This document shows, one piece after another, positions 1-13,287 of a stretch of 64,000 nt of DNA. A program made the position numbers and the translations under genes. The notes below the pieces were generated by a model that was given only the letters and a program-made list of their open reading frames with translations, was not told where the DNA came from and made no database searches. The stretch covers positions 20,717 through 84,716 of the forward strand of contig JAUCBJ010008748.1 of assembly GCA_032718475.1 (NCBI GenBank). Direction: 5' to 3'. The DNA is from Nemertoderma westbladi (lineage: Eukaryota; Animalia; Xenacoelomorpha). Each line of letters opens with the position of its first letter. The first letter of the stretch is position 1.

Positions 1-1
1 G

Positions 2-2289
2 TTACAGGCGGCTGTAGTTTCAGTCGAGGTAAGTAAGCAGATAACAGAGGAATTAGACACGACATTGACCTTATTCTATTGGACGGACGCATCCTTGGTG
101 TTAGTATACATTGCGGCCGACAATATTGCACTAAAGACATTTGTGGCCAACAGACGCGCTCAGATCGTTGACTTTTCGACGAAGGAACAATGGAGACATT
201 GTCCGGGAGTGTTAAACCCGGCCGACATAACTTCGAGAGGTGCAATGCCGGCGGAATTCTGTCAGGAAGAGTCGCAGGAGTTTTGGTTGCATGGACCTGA
301 TTTTCTAACGAGGACACAGGAACATTGGCCAGAGCGACTAAAGATAGTGACCAATCCGATGCCTGAAGATGCAGAAGTCAAGGTGGAGAAAGTCTCTAAG
401 TCAAAGTCTAAAGCCAAACTTAAGTCATTGGAGCGGCCTGAAGAGTCATTGGAGCGGCCTGAAGAGTCATTGGAGCGGCCCGGAGACCTGTCAGACCAAC
501 AGACTTACGTGACTACTAGGTCCGGAAGGGTAAGTTATGACATAAAACCACCCTTACAGACTAAACCGGAGTCACAATTGGTAAGTGACGGACAGAAAAT
601 GACCGACAAAATGGAGCCTTTGGTTTCCAAACCTGCGGGTTTGGATTCGAAACTTCCATTAACTAGCGGACAACCGTCGCTGGCATTAGAGCCATGTAGT
701 ATTTATGACAAATTACTAAATTCGTCTGCCTCTTGGCTGACAATTTGTAAAAGAACTGCGTGGTTAAGCCGATACATTTCGTACCTTTGTATAAAACATT
801 CGAAACATTTAGGAGAACGAACGAGCACTAATAGTGAGCGAATTCAGAAATTGAAACAACCTCTGACAGAGGATGAGATTGATCAAGCGGAATTAAAGCA
901 TTTGAAGCATTATCAAATGTGTGCCTTCCCTAAAGAATTCCATTCATTATCGGCTCAACGACCAGTTCTCTATAAACCCCTTAGAAAATGGAGTCCATTA
1001 ATCCATAAGGGTTTGATTTGTCATAGATCGAGAATCCAGACTGTCGACATAAACTCACAGTTTAGGTTCCCAGTGATAATCCCTAGTCACCCAATAGAAT
1101 TGCAAAGAGCGATTCTATGGGATATACACAAGAGGTTACATCACGCGGGAAAGTTACACTGTTTGTCGGCAGCGAGACAGCGATTCATTCTATTGCAGCC
1201 AAGCAGGGCAGTAGGCACTATGTACGACGCCTGTCTGGTTTGCAAGAGAGTGAACGCCAGAGTATTGGAACAGGAGATGGCTGAACTCCCGGAAGCGAGA
1301 GTGCAGGCATATGACCCACCCTTTACGAATACAGGGGTGGACTGTTTTGGTCCGATTGAAGCAAAGAGTGGACGGCTGACCCACAAGCGATGGGGTCTGC
1401 TACTGACATGTATGGCTAGTAGAGCCATACACATTGAGCGTGTGGCAGACATGTCGACCAAATCTCTGCTCCTGGCCTTAAAGAGATTTATGGCCAGGAG
1501 AGGACTAGTAAAGGCGTTCTACTCTGACAAGGGTACAAACTTTGTCGGAGGGAATAGCGAGTTGAACGCGGCTCATAAAGCGGCACAGAATAAGAAATTT
1601 CTGCAGCACTTTTGCCGCAGAGAATAGAGTGGAGATTTAATACTCCAGAAAGTCCTTGGAGAGGAGGAAGTTGGGAGCGTTTAGTTCGCTCTGTAAAGCA
1701 GGCCATTGCCAAAACGTTGCCTGTAAACAAACAACTTACCGATGACGAACTGGTCACAGCGTTCATCGAAATCGAGCATACACTAAACTCGAGGCCGATA
1801 GCTATGTTGCCAGACGGTGTTGCATTAACGCCGAATCATTTGCTAATGCAGAGTCCAGCATTTCTTGTGCCGGCATCAGAACCCATTAGTGCCGACCTAT
1901 ATAGTCGTAAGAGCTGGAAAATGACACAGTTTGTGGCGTACACATTCTGGGAATATTGGCGGGAATACTATCTTCCCACCATATCCACCAGAACAAAGTG
2001 GTACAAAACGGTTCGGAGTCTCCAAAGGGGAGATTACGTATTGATAACCGAGCCGATTGTCAAGAGAAAGTATTGGGAGACAGGAGTGATCTTGCACACA
2101 CACCCAGACGTGCAAAACATAGTGCGCACAGTCACTGTGAAAATTAGGTGCAAGTGTCCGCACCCAAAAAAGTGTAAAACTAATGGTTTACACACCTTGG
2201 ACCGACCGGTCCAAGATATCGTGTTATTAGAGGAGACACGTATCGAGACGGGAGATTATAATTTGTCTCCTGCCTCAAAACAGAATTAG
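2..2289 (+). pseudogene. pol: E1 pol C-terminus (RNase H, HHCC zinc finger, DDE integrase, DUF5641-like tail), frameshifted near 1615
   Basis: Frame is open from nt 2 to 1627 and continues in the overlapping frame 1612-2289 (IEWRFNTPESPWRGGSWERL...EYYLPT...RTVTVK). Confidence 0.9.
423..481 (+). repeat. 21-bp in-frame tandem repeat, about 3 copies, in the pol linker
   Basis: AGTCATTGGAGCGGCCTGAAG x3, encoding SLERPEE. Confidence 0.9.
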
Positions 2290-3011
2290 TGTTAGACACA
2301 ACTCACTTCGTATGCATTCCTCGTATGCAAATACAAGGAAATGCATAGGAGCGGGGTTGTGGTGATTTGCGTTGAGTTTTGTCTGGTGGGTATCAAAACA
2401 AAATTTTATTTCAAAATTTTTGGAAAATTTAAAAATTTTAAAAAATTAAAAGTGAACCCAAGACAATTCCAGACGCTGTGTATAGACGCGTTTTAGAATT
2501 CGTCTATAGATAAACAGTAATTTGAAAAGTCGTGAAGCCTGGAAAATAGCATTTAGAAACCATGGTGACGGCTATATTACGTAGGAGTGTAAATTGAGTT
2601 TAGCAACTTCCACAGATTGGTGCCAACAGTACAACTAAGGTGCTAAAGGTTAGTAGCACCAGAGGCGTACATGGACCCCACTCAGTAGTTTGCAGTGATG
2701 TGTGATGTTCGATTATCAAACCTGTGGGTTTGGTATAGTCGAGTATTGTGGCTATAGTCCTTTCTAACTACTGTAGTTTAGTACGAGTAATGGGAGTAGT
2801 TTGGGCATCAAAAAGTGAGTTGGTCACGGCCAGTTTATCTCCAAAGTTTTTGCGCTATGCATGGGAATAGGTTAGAGGATAGTTAGGAAGAGACGGGATC
2901 TAGAGAGTCGAACCTGAACTGCTGGAAGGCAGCGGGGGGGGGGGGGGGGGGGGGGGTTCGGGAAGTCTGTCCTTCGACGGCATCTAACTGATTTACCCAC
3001 CATGTAATTGG

Positions 3012-3675
3012 ATGAACGATGAACCGCTACCTGCCGTCCGAGATCAATTCGACGGGATGCATCTTTACCGGAAGACTCGAGGCGAGGACGAGGCGGCGCC
3101 AGGGGGTTTCAACGTATACAAGTTGTTCTATGGATGCGGCGGATGCATGAGTGGACAAGACGTGGCGATTCCCGACCGACTAGACGAGCAACATCCAGAA
3201 CCGATATTAACGCGATGTCAAGCTCACCAGTTCCTTAGATATAACGAGGGAGGTTACCCGATGAGCAACCCGATGATCAGTATCGACTTCAGCGGAAAGC
3301 GACCTCCGAGACCCATTACGCCGACCGTTACGACATTAGATCCGTATACGGAGATTAAACCCTGTTCGACACGGCATAGACACGGCGGCGGCCATTTCGC
3401 TATACCGAGCCTATAAGGACCTAGAGGCGCGGCGCGAAGCGGTACGGGACTCGAGTTCCTGGACCACGTTCACTTCGCTTCACCAGGAGAGGAAGCTCAC
3501 GCCTGAGTATCCAGACGAGATTCGCGCCGTCCATCCGTCTACTAACCATACCCACGATCCGCGATTTATACGATATTTACTCCAAATTATTTCGGGAAGT
3601 TTCGACGAACGCATTATTAAGCCCGAATATGTCCAATCCTTTATATATCATCGTCGCTCTGATATATACGTCTAG
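3012..3675 (+). pseudogene. Unknown extra ORF in the E1 3' region, probably frameshifted
   Basis: 134-aa ORF at 3012-3416 overlapped by a second open frame at 3340-3675 (DTAAAISLYRAYKDLEARRE...YHRRSDIYV*). GC-rich and coding-like, between pol and the LTR. Confidence 0.5.
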
Positions 3676-4964
3676 ATTTATTACCCAGCGCACAATTGGC
3701 GGCCTAAGGAGACTCGTTTGGGGTCATTGACCTCTGAACGAGTGGAGGATCAGGACCGCCGCGCCCACAGCGACAACAGCCGGAGCTCACAGCTCGCGGC
3801 AAGTACCAGAAGGAGGAGTCCTTGGCAAGCGTCAAGCCAAGGACGAGCAGTTCCATTCTATAAGGTTGAAGAAAGAGGAGTTGGCGGAGGCGCCCACAGG
3901 GACACGGCAAATGGGACGAGGCCGAGGGAGGAGCACCAGTCGGGAGATAGTCGGTGCCCAGGGAACGTCGTCGCCGGTTCCGGGAAGTGACGCCTCAAGG
4001 ACGCCGTCAACAGAGTCTACAGGGGGTAGACTGGTGTATCTGGAGAGGGGAGCGAGCCCGAGAGACCCAGGAGCTAGCCGATGAGACTATAATATCACGG
4101 AGCGACAAACTCTAGACATATACATCATCGTCGCTCTGATGTATATCGTAGGTTTTGATCAATCATTCGACTGGACTCATATACACTAGTCGTATCCATA
4201 TTTTAGAGTTTTATTTTCGAAGGCCGAAAAATATTGAAAGGAAATACTTTTATTTTATAGTCCGTTGGAAATATGATTTTGAGCCTATACTATATTTGAT
4301 TTTGTGTATATGACTTTATTTGCTCTAAAGTTTATTGAAAGAGGCAAAGGAAGTGATTGGGGAGACAAACCCGCGGGTTTGGCTTACTCCTTTCACTTAC
4401 CTGAGCAATCATCAAACCAAGATGATTTGCGTTTTTTATAAGAAATTAAGTAAAGTCCGAAAATGAAAGAAATTATTACGTATTTTATATTTAATTTGAT
4501 TATCGGCCTTTAATGCAATTTAGTTAAAAATTTAGCCTCAAATACGTTTATATTTAGTTTATCTTGTTAATGTTGATCGTTAATTTGAGATGGGAAATGG
4601 GGGACATTGTCCTAGCCATGTTCCATTTCAATAGGTAGACAGTCAATTTGTAAATAAATAAAGGAAGTAATATTTTGTAAATTTAATTTTGTATGTAGTA
4701 ATCATTATGTAGAACGAACGAGAAACAATATTTTGTAAATTTAATTTGTATGTAGTAATCGTTAAACAGTGAGAGAGATAATATTTGGTAAATTTAATTT
4801 GTATGCAATTCATTATGCAATATCTATAGCAATATTTTGTAAATAGTAGGATTTATAGTATCAAGTATTTAGATTATTTGAAAGGAAATTTATTTTGTTT
4901 GTATACATCACCATATACTCTTCTACAATTGGAGGGAAACATTGTATGATTTCCCTTGGAGCGG

Positions 4965-7130
4965 TGTTACGGTATATGGCGCTGTATACATTATTAGCCA
5001 TTATACAGTATAATATATTGGTCCATTATGCAGTATAATATATTAGTCCGTTATACTGTACGCAATATTAGTCCGTTGTGCAGCATAATATTTTAGATAA
5101 GGCATAATAGCGCAGTGATATTTAGATAGGGAAATCAAAACGCCCATATATTTTGAATTCATCCATTTTGTATAGTATGTAGCCCTACCTACGTAATTTT
5201 GTATTAGGATATAAGTAGATAGTTCCAGGGTAGCAAGTTCAGTCGGACCCTGGATTTTGTGCTTGCTGTTATTAGCTTCAATAGGGCTAGCATATAGGGA
5301 CGCTGTCCTGGCCATTCAGCAGCCAGGGACATGATCCATTACCATATATGGTAATAATTTGAGGGTTGGGGAGCAATAGGGCTACAATCCGGCCTTCTTA
5401 TTGGACTAAATGCCTCCAGGTTGGTCTAATGCTAGCGCGGACTGGAGAGCCAATAGGAGAGCGATTGCATCACCCTATTGCATCACCCCACTCGGATCAC
5501 CTATAAATTGGCGGTTTGCCGGTAGAGCTGTACCAACTCTATTACCTCAGAGTACAATTTGTGCGTATTTTCTGCTTTTGATTAATTTTCTTGAAATGAT
5601 TTGCAAATTTATAATTTCTGTTTGATTCTTGTTGTGTTTCTCAATTAATCTCAAGATTACTGCTAATTACATCATGGAACTGTGATTTCTACCCTTTTGT
5701 TAATGGTTCTATGTAATCTCTTTCGACGCAATAATCCTACGGGATTTCTGAGACTGTCAGACTTGTGATTTGCATGCGTCGCTACGGTAGCTATTTATCT
5801 TGATGGAAGGCTAAGGTACCGGTAGGCGGTGGGCACATCGGGGGGTTGGGCGACTAAGGGAGAGCGGAGGATTCAAAGGCGGGCAACGCTGGCGGGGGGC
5901 CACTGTTGCGGTCGGGCAATTTGCGTTGTAGCGGGCAGACCATCTGCTGGTACGGCAATTAGGGGGCTGATGATCCAGGTCTTGTCTCTATTTAGTATTA
6001 GGGGGGCAGGAATTGGGTTAGTTAGGAAGCTTAGACGTACTGGGGAGAGGCCTGGGTGCTTTACAATAGCGGATAGCGAATTGCATGGCAAATTATATGA
6101 TTGCGGATTGTATAATTGCAAGTTGTACATTGTGATCTGTGATTGCTGACGCTGATTGGTGTGTTACTGAAGTGTGCCTATGATTACGAATGCTTAGGTA
6201 GGTGCCCCTTTTCTTTGATTGATTTCTATTTCTTAGTTTACGATAAATGATTACTGATTAGGTCCAAGTAATACAGTATTTTAGACTATTACTAGTGAAA
6301 CCTGTTGTGTAATAAATTAGAATTACGCATTCTGGAACTCTTAGTAATTAGTACGCTGTTACATATTTGTGACTGTAATTAATTAGTGAAATTAAGAATT
6401 AGTACGCAGCATAGCGGAGAGTAGCTAGGTAATAATTTAGAGTACCGTAAACTATTCATGCTGAGCGGTTATTTGCATTAGCGGGCAATAAGCTAGATCA
6501 CAGTAGTCAGTACGCAACTCGCATTAGTAAATTGCTGGCCTAAAGCCAGCCACAGGCAAATTTAGACCCGGAGTGGTACTGCCCACGAAAGACATTGTAC
6601 CGTACCATTTTTGATTATTTTAAATATTCTCGCATTCACACATTCCGTTAGGGAACCCTCAGTATTCGCGATTAGAAGAGACGTAGGCATTGGCGTACTT
6701 CAATAGTAGTAAAATTAGGCGTAAGAATATACTCTGAGTGCAAAGCCTCTCGCACTCGTCTTAAGTAAGCTTAGGGAGCCGACTCGGGTTTATTGTTTTG
6801 GTTATTCCCGCGTGGCTCATAGATTCGAACAGTTAGCTCTCTATCGAGCGATCGGTAGAGAAAGGAACAAGCGATTTGCAGGAGCCGTGTAAATTTAGTA
6901 AAATATATTAGCGGACGGCAGATTAGCGCCATCCAACGGTAAGTAGCGGTTTTGTATTTAGCAGCCCTACAATTTAGTAATAGCACGCTCCTGATTGCCT
7001 TTATTTAACAGTAGAGCAGTCTTTGTGTCTTATTGGTTAGGCGGGAATTTATTAGGTTGGCAGAGAAGTATACCCGTACTTGCCTGTTCAACAGTTCTGC
7101 TGTTAGTATAGGTGACGCGGTTTTTTAACA
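4965..7130 (+). repeat. E1 3' LTR (~2.17 kb)
   Basis: Starts TGTTA directly after the PPT and ends TAACA, where the sequence switches abruptly to an RTE 3' end. TATA-like CTATAAAT near 5502. The partner LTR is not in the window. Confidence 0.75.
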
Positions 7131-7200
7131 CCGGCACAGCATTCTTAAAAATGCAGCTGCAATGCAGCATGCCGATCCTAGTAGTAGTAGTAGTAGTATT
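7131..7200 (+). mobile_element. RTE LINE 3' terminus with (TAG)n tail, cut by the E1 insertion
   Basis: CCGGCACAGCATTCTTAAAAATGCAGCTGCAATGCAGCATGCCGATC(TAG)n matches the LINE end at 9644-9714. Confidence 0.85.
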
Positions 7201-8399
7201 ATTTTACCAATTATTTAATATGTTTGATAGAATTGAACAACACCGCCCAACACAACCAACTCTCTATCCGCCTCGAGCATCGAGAATACGAGAAACTCGA
7301 TCGAAATACCTGCTTATCCCAGTAGTATCCGTCCGTAGTCACCGGACCGCTGCGGTTTACTCCTGTAGAACAGTAGAATTCCCGCAGCTTCCGACCCAAT
7401 TCGACAACGAATTCGCTTCACACTTTCGCGTCACAGAGAACGTAATCCAGTGCGATAACGTCTGCCCAATGTTCAACCATTTCCCCCAGGCGATCCCAGG
7501 ATCCGGGCCGCCGCTAAACCCAGATCGCAATCCTCGTCGTTTCGTCCAGTCATCGACGTAAGTCAGTAAGTGGGACTCTTCCCACCGCACTCCAAGGTGG
7601 GTGACCGGAGTGAGGCATGAGGAACTTGGCTGTGGCCCGCATTACGATCTGACCGACCGCCGTATTCCCAGTGTCTGAGTGTAGTAAATACCCAAATAGA
7701 ATCGTACTGACAAACAAGCAATTCCGTAGTATTCCCCCGTTAATCACCTCTTGAAGCAACTCGGCTGCTCGGGTCCAGATACATCGGACTGTCGGGAGCG
7801 TTTCAGACAGAAATGGAGCGGCATTTGCGAATATTTCCAATGATTTTATAATAAATAAGGGGATTCAACAGTTCAATCCTAAAACAAATGGATTATTCCT
7901 AACCCCACCCCAATACAGCAATATACCTAACAGTATATAGCTTAGGTACCACAGTCTGACAGTACCATAATCAGCACAGTCAGCCTATGCTAATTTCACA
8001 GCAAAGTCCTTGTCATGGCCTGTGTGTAGTACCTGTGTGTGTGTGGGTGGTACCTACGGTGCGCACTACAACGGCAGTACAGTAATACGGTGTACCGTGC
8101 CAATGACTGAATGATTAGCGGTAACTATCTAAACTATTATATTATTATTACCGGTGCCGGTACTGGGCTAATTAGGCCTAAACTATAATCACCGCAAGGG
8201 TTGCCGTTGCCGGGGCCATGTTTAATTAGATTACATGATATGGCATGTCTGCAGTGTATGGTACCGGCTGACCAGTATTGCAGTATTGACTGATTGCAGG
8301 ATTCTCGATTCAGCGATTGAGTACAGCCTGACAGTACCGGTACACATGGTACATGCAGAATTGCAAAATTTGTCAGAAACCCAGCTGATTTATCCTACA

Positions 8400-8680
8400 G
8401 TAATAATAATTTGACGCATTTTAAATTTGGATAAATAAATTTATTATAACTGCAATAACAGTTACACTGATGCTGCACGAATGCCCCATGCAAATTCTAC
8501 TTGGAAAATTTTCAAACTTTTGCCAAGCAACATGTGTACCAAGTTTGGATAGATTTCATCAAGGATTGGCCGAGTTATTAACGTTTAAAATAAAATACTG
8601 AAAAAAAACGCGACAGAACGACAGGTTGATTAATGGTACCACTACGCTAAGGCTCACTCACTTCGTGGCTCGCCCCACAG
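8400..8680 (+). mobile_element. Possible Helentron/HINE (DINE-1-like) non-autonomous fragment
   Basis: TGTACCAAGTTTGG...GAGTTATT core, GACA-rich tract and a terminal GC-rich motif (GTGGCTCGCCC) whose reverse complement occurs at ~12988. Confidence 0.35.
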
Positions 8681-8862
8681 TGACCTGGGCACGGAACTTG
8701 GATTATGATCTACTGAAGGAATAATATATTCTATCGGATATTGTGTGAAAGTATTAATATATTGTGTGGTATTATAAATATATACTTTATTAGATTAGTG
8801 ATAGTATTAGTATAACCTTATTATTTTAGAACATTTCTCGGCGAACTTTAAACTTACTGTAA

Positions 8863-9714
8863 GTTTAATTAACTGAAATATGGTATCCCCCTGAGTTCTT
8901 TAAAGTACAACGTACAAGTACAAGTCAACGGCTCCTCAGCTCATTGGAACATGCTGATTCCAGTGTTGGTCTTTTTTAACTCAAAAAGTACCAATATTCT
9001 GACAGTTAACTTCGACAGTAGTCCTCAGGATATGCCTCATTGTTTGAGCATAAGCTCAAAGCATTGAATGTGATTGAACATGAAGAACTTCTGTTATCTG
9101 GGAACATGGATCCTGAAGTCAGGTGAGGACCTTCGCATACGTAAGGGAAAGGAATAGGCAGCAATGAATTGGCTTTCAGGGGTTTGGAAGTCACACAGAA
9201 TTCATCGGAAACGTAAGGTCCGATTATTTAGAGCAGCAGTAGTTCCAGTACTCCTCTATGGGAGTCCATTCTGGGCTCTAACTGCTGAGGACACCAAATC
9301 TTTGGATGGCACATTCACAATGATGCTACGCCGGGTTAATTGTGTCAAGTACAATGCAAACATCTCCAACCAGACACTATATAACATTGGAGGTGTCTCA
9401 TTGTTTCCCCCAAGCTTGACACTAGAAAAAAGTCGCCTCCGCTTTGCAGGACCTTGCTTTCGGCGAGAGGACCAGCCAGTGCATAATCTTGTACTTTGGC
9501 AGCCTCATGGAGTGAATAAGCATGGTGGACAGCCCATGACTTTCTTGAGACGCATCTTAAAGGACACTGGCCTTAAAGATGCGGATGATCTAGCAAATGT
9601 CATGGGTGATAGGGAGTTGTGGCGGTGCAATTTTGTTGACAAGCCGGCACAGCATTCTTAAAAATGCAGCTGCAATGCAGCATGCCGATCATAGTAGTAG
9701 TAGTAGTAGTAGTA
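8863..9714 (+). mobile_element. 5'-truncated RTE-clade LINE (end of RT, 3' UTR, TAG tail)
   Basis: FCYLG-like motif, LFRAAVVPVLLYGS, LDGTFTMMLRR and RLRFAG in ORF 9164-9661, followed by a (TAG)n tail. Confidence 0.9.
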
Positions 9715-10032
9715 ATGACGTTGGAAGTGTGAATACTGAGGCCAAGTCGTGGGTTTTTGGAACTTTTTTGGTTTATGACGCAGCGTCATCGTGTATTGTT
9801 ACCAAGCTAGCAATTTTGAGAACGCATTTCACCTGACATGGCTGGCTACAGCCGTGTCAGGGAGTCCGCCGCCGTAGTCTAAGATCGAAGTGATAAAATT
9901 GTTATAGATTATCAACATTCGAATACAATAAATTATAAATTAATGTGTAAATTTACACAGTGTCGTGCGGGCGCACAGGCAAACACAAAAGCAAAACATC
10001 AGGGCGTACCAGGGTGAAATTTGGGTGGAAAC

Positions 10033-10832
10033 TTTAATTAACAGAAAGATGGTATCCCCCCTGAGTACTTTAAAGTACAACGTACAAGGACAAGTCGACG
10101 GCTCCTCAGCTCATTGGAACAGGCTCATTCCAGTGTTGGTCTTTTTAACTCAAAATGTACCAATATTCTGACAGTTAACTTCGACAGTAGTCCTCAGGAT
10201 ATGCCTCATTGTTTGAGCATAAGCTCAACGGATTGAATATGATTGAACATGAACAACTTCTGTTATCTGGGAACATGGATCCTGAAGTCAGGTGAGGACC
10301 TTCGCATACGTAAGGGAAAGGAATAGGCAGCAATGAATTGGCTTTCAAGGGTTTGGAAGTCACACAAAATTCATCGGAAACGTAAGGTCAGATTATTTAG
10401 AGCAGCAGTAGTTCCAGTACTCCTCTATGGGATTCCATGCTGGGCTCTAACTGCTGAGGACACCAAATCTTTGGATGGCACATTCACAAGGATGCTACGC
10501 CGGGTTAATTGTGTCAAGTACAATGCAAACATCTCCAACCAGACACTATATAGCATTGGAGGTGTCTCATTGTTTCCCCCAAGCTGGACACTAGAACTAA
10601 GCCGCCTCCGCTTTGCAGGACATTGCTTTCGACATGAAGACCAGATAGTGCATAATCTTGTATTTTGGCAGCCTCATGGAGTGAATAAGCAGGGTGGACA
10701 GCCCATGACTTTCTTGAGACGCATCTTAAATGAAAATCACGTGGGGATGATCTAGCAAATGTCATGGGTGATAGGGAGTTGTGGAGGCGCAATTTTGCCG
10801 ACAAGCATGCACAGCATTCTTAAAAATGCAGC
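10033..10832 (+). mobile_element. RTE LINE fragment, copy 2
   Basis: Near-identical to 8863-9670; ORF 10333-10755 contains RLRFAGHCFR. Confidence 0.9.
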
Positions 10833-11134
10833 ATTGTATAACATTGGACGATTCAATGGCAAATGCCATTGAATATTTAATGCCGATTTTTAAATTTTAA
10901 TGGCAAAACTGAGCTTCACAAACATTGATAATATACAATTGCTTTGATCGGTTGTGGCACATAGACGCAGTGTTAAATCACTAACCTTGTAGTAAAGGAC
11001 ATATCTCCCATGTTGCAATCCCGCCTCGTTGCATATATTGACCCACCGAAACTTCCAAGAAAAACAAAGGATCCCCACCAAAAATTAGGAAAATGAAATA
11101 TGGAATGAGAAAGGCGCCTGAAAATATAAACTAT

Positions 11135-11262
11135 TAACACATTGGTGGTGTCTCATTGGTTCTCCCTAGCTTGACACTTCCACAAAGCCGCCTCCGCTTT
11201 GCAGGATATCACTTTCTCCATGAGGACAAACCTAAGCACAACCTTGTGATTTGGCTGCCCCA
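11135..11262 (+). mobile_element. Short diverged RTE fragment
   Basis: GGTGTCTCATTG...CGCCTCCGCTTTGCAGGA shared with the other copies; duplicated at ~21398-21522. Confidence 0.7.
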
Positions 11263-11715
11263 TATGGGGAAGTAAACCACCTATTCTAAAATAGTTGTAA
11301 TGACATAACAATGATAAACACATTACTTAGAATTATTATTTCGGTAATAATAACACTTCAATTTAACAAATAAATTACTTAATTAATGTACAATAAATAT
11401 ATTAATTTATTGTCCTTCCCATCTCTAGATATAGTTTATCGACGTCACAGGTAGCATTCACCCGTTAAGTAAGTGATTTTAGAACGAGCGATAGATACCT
11501 GTAAGGCGTACTTTATTAATTGCCAAATAAAATAATATATTTAAGAGAAAATTTATTTGAATTTTTGTTTTTTTAAGAAGATATATATAATGTAGTTGTA
11601 TATACTTTACACAGGCAAATTCCAAAATTAGTTGTTTTTTTAGAGACCTTTTTATTATTTTTAAATTCCATCACCTAACATTCAAAAAGAAAGTAGATAG
11701 TCCTAGTCTATTTCA

Positions 11716-11811
11716 GCATTCAGTGTCAGATAGGTAATCTTCTGAGTCTTTAGGTAAATACATCGGCATTGTGGTTGGAGGGATTCCGCCATGGTGGTCT
11801 ATGGTCATAGT
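11716..11811 (-). pseudogene. Truncated last exon of a Ly6/uPAR (three-finger) gene, copy A
   Basis: Acceptor TTTCAG, then TMTIDHHGGIPPTTMPMYLPKDSEDYLSDTEC*. The CC..CN end is deleted relative to 21980-22184. Confidence 0.55.
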
Positions 11812-12068
11812 CTGAAATAATAACATTGTCGTGTAATAAACCAACAGAGGAAACACATTTCAAACACAAGAAATAAAATAAAACTAAACTAGAAAGCCAT
11901 CAAGATGGCTTTAAAAGAAACTGCCTTTTGGGTCTCAGAATAAGCGCTAACTTTACCGAGTGCCAAACTCTTATAATAATAGATACGCATCCACTCGATC
12001 TGTGAATTCGAGGGACCATGTTTATCTTTAAGTGAAACCAATTTTTGTGATAATTCTGGTGATAATTA

Positions 12069-13165
12069 GGAGCCCGCTTCGCTTGACAGCGGGATACTTA
12101 CTGTAATAATCTCAGGGATACTTTCTGTAAAAATCTCAGGATACATTACACTGACTGACTGACTGACATACTGACTGATAATTATCTAGGTTAAGGCACT
12201 TCCTGCCTGGCGATTTTGATGAAATTTTGCAAGTACATTGCTTTGGTGGTTCATAATCGCGTTACAAAATTTCAGATCGATTCTATGTGTGGTATTCGAT
12301 ATATTTAGTTTTTTGACATTGTTTTATCGCGAAATTAAAAGCAATGGTAAAATAACAGCTGGTGTTCATGATGAAATATGGCTTAATATGTTATACACAG
12401 TCATAGAAAAACGTGTTGGTTGCCAAGTTTTACTAGTAGGCTATAAGGAAAGGCAATGTTTACTCACACATATGCTGTTGGTTTCTAATGTATTACCCCA
12501 TAAGCTGATTGCTCTCCCAGTGCTTCCTAAGGGTATATCTACAATAAGATTACTCACTCTGCTATGTTAGGGGGTGGATCAGGAGAATGAATTTTAGTTA
12601 CACAAAGCAGTGTGTTGTGTCCTATTGCAGTCGATACTCACTGTGGATTGCAAAATGTTTTATAGTTGACCTACACTATAATACAGTAGTTGCATGTATT
12701 TAAGGAGCCCGCTCTGGCCTACCGCCTAAGGAGTACCTATATTACATATTCACATAGAATTCACTGGGAAGAGATATTCCGCTTGACGACGGGGTAATAC
12801 CTATAGAAGGAAACTAAATTTGTTATTTGGCTCTATTCATTGTTATTTATCTGGTTGTGCATCATGGGCATTTTTTATAAATATTCGGTAATCGCATCTT
12901 ATATCTTGTAAACGTTCTTGATAATGAAATTATTTGCTTCATATTATATTTTTGTTAGTGGTAGCTAAGTTGCATTTTTTATTATTTTGGGCGAGCCACA
13001 AAGTCAGCTAGCCTCACGCCTTGCAGTTTAGACAATTTTAGTTTACTTACTGCTCACTGACATAGTTCTTTGTAATAGTCTTGGCTAGGATTTTTCCCCC
13101 GGGCTCCTTCCAGCCAGCTTGCTGGCTTTCTAGTTAATTGTCATTTATAATGGTTGCTAGATAGA
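12069..13165. mobile_element. ~1.1-kb insertion with Helentron/HINE-like features
   Basis: Absent from duplication copy B. Begins with hairpin CCCGCT...AGCGGG, then a (CTGA)n tract and a GATTTTGATGAAATTT core. Confidence 0.5.
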
Positions 13166-13287
13166 AACATTCTAACAAGGAACTAAAATATTAAAACGTT
13201 ATTCCTTTTTGTCGTTTCAGTTGGTTTTTATCGGAAGTTTATTGATTATAAAACAATATTATTAATTAATCTATATCTTTCAAATTT

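Larger units (their letters stand above)
1..7130 (+). mobile_element. BEL/Pao LTR retrotransposon E1, 3' portion (pol end, 3' cargo region, 3' LTR); 5' part is outside the window
   Basis: RNase H and integrase motifs (YWTD, NPADITSRG, TGVDCFGP, YSDKGTNF, GGSWERL). PPT TTGGAGCGG ends at 4964, followed by a TGTTA...TAACA bounded segment 4965-7130. Confidence 0.9.

Noticed and set aside
1605-1630. Programmed frameshift in E1 pol
   Set aside because: It falls inside the integrase core with no slippery heptamer; a mutation or sequencing error is more likely.
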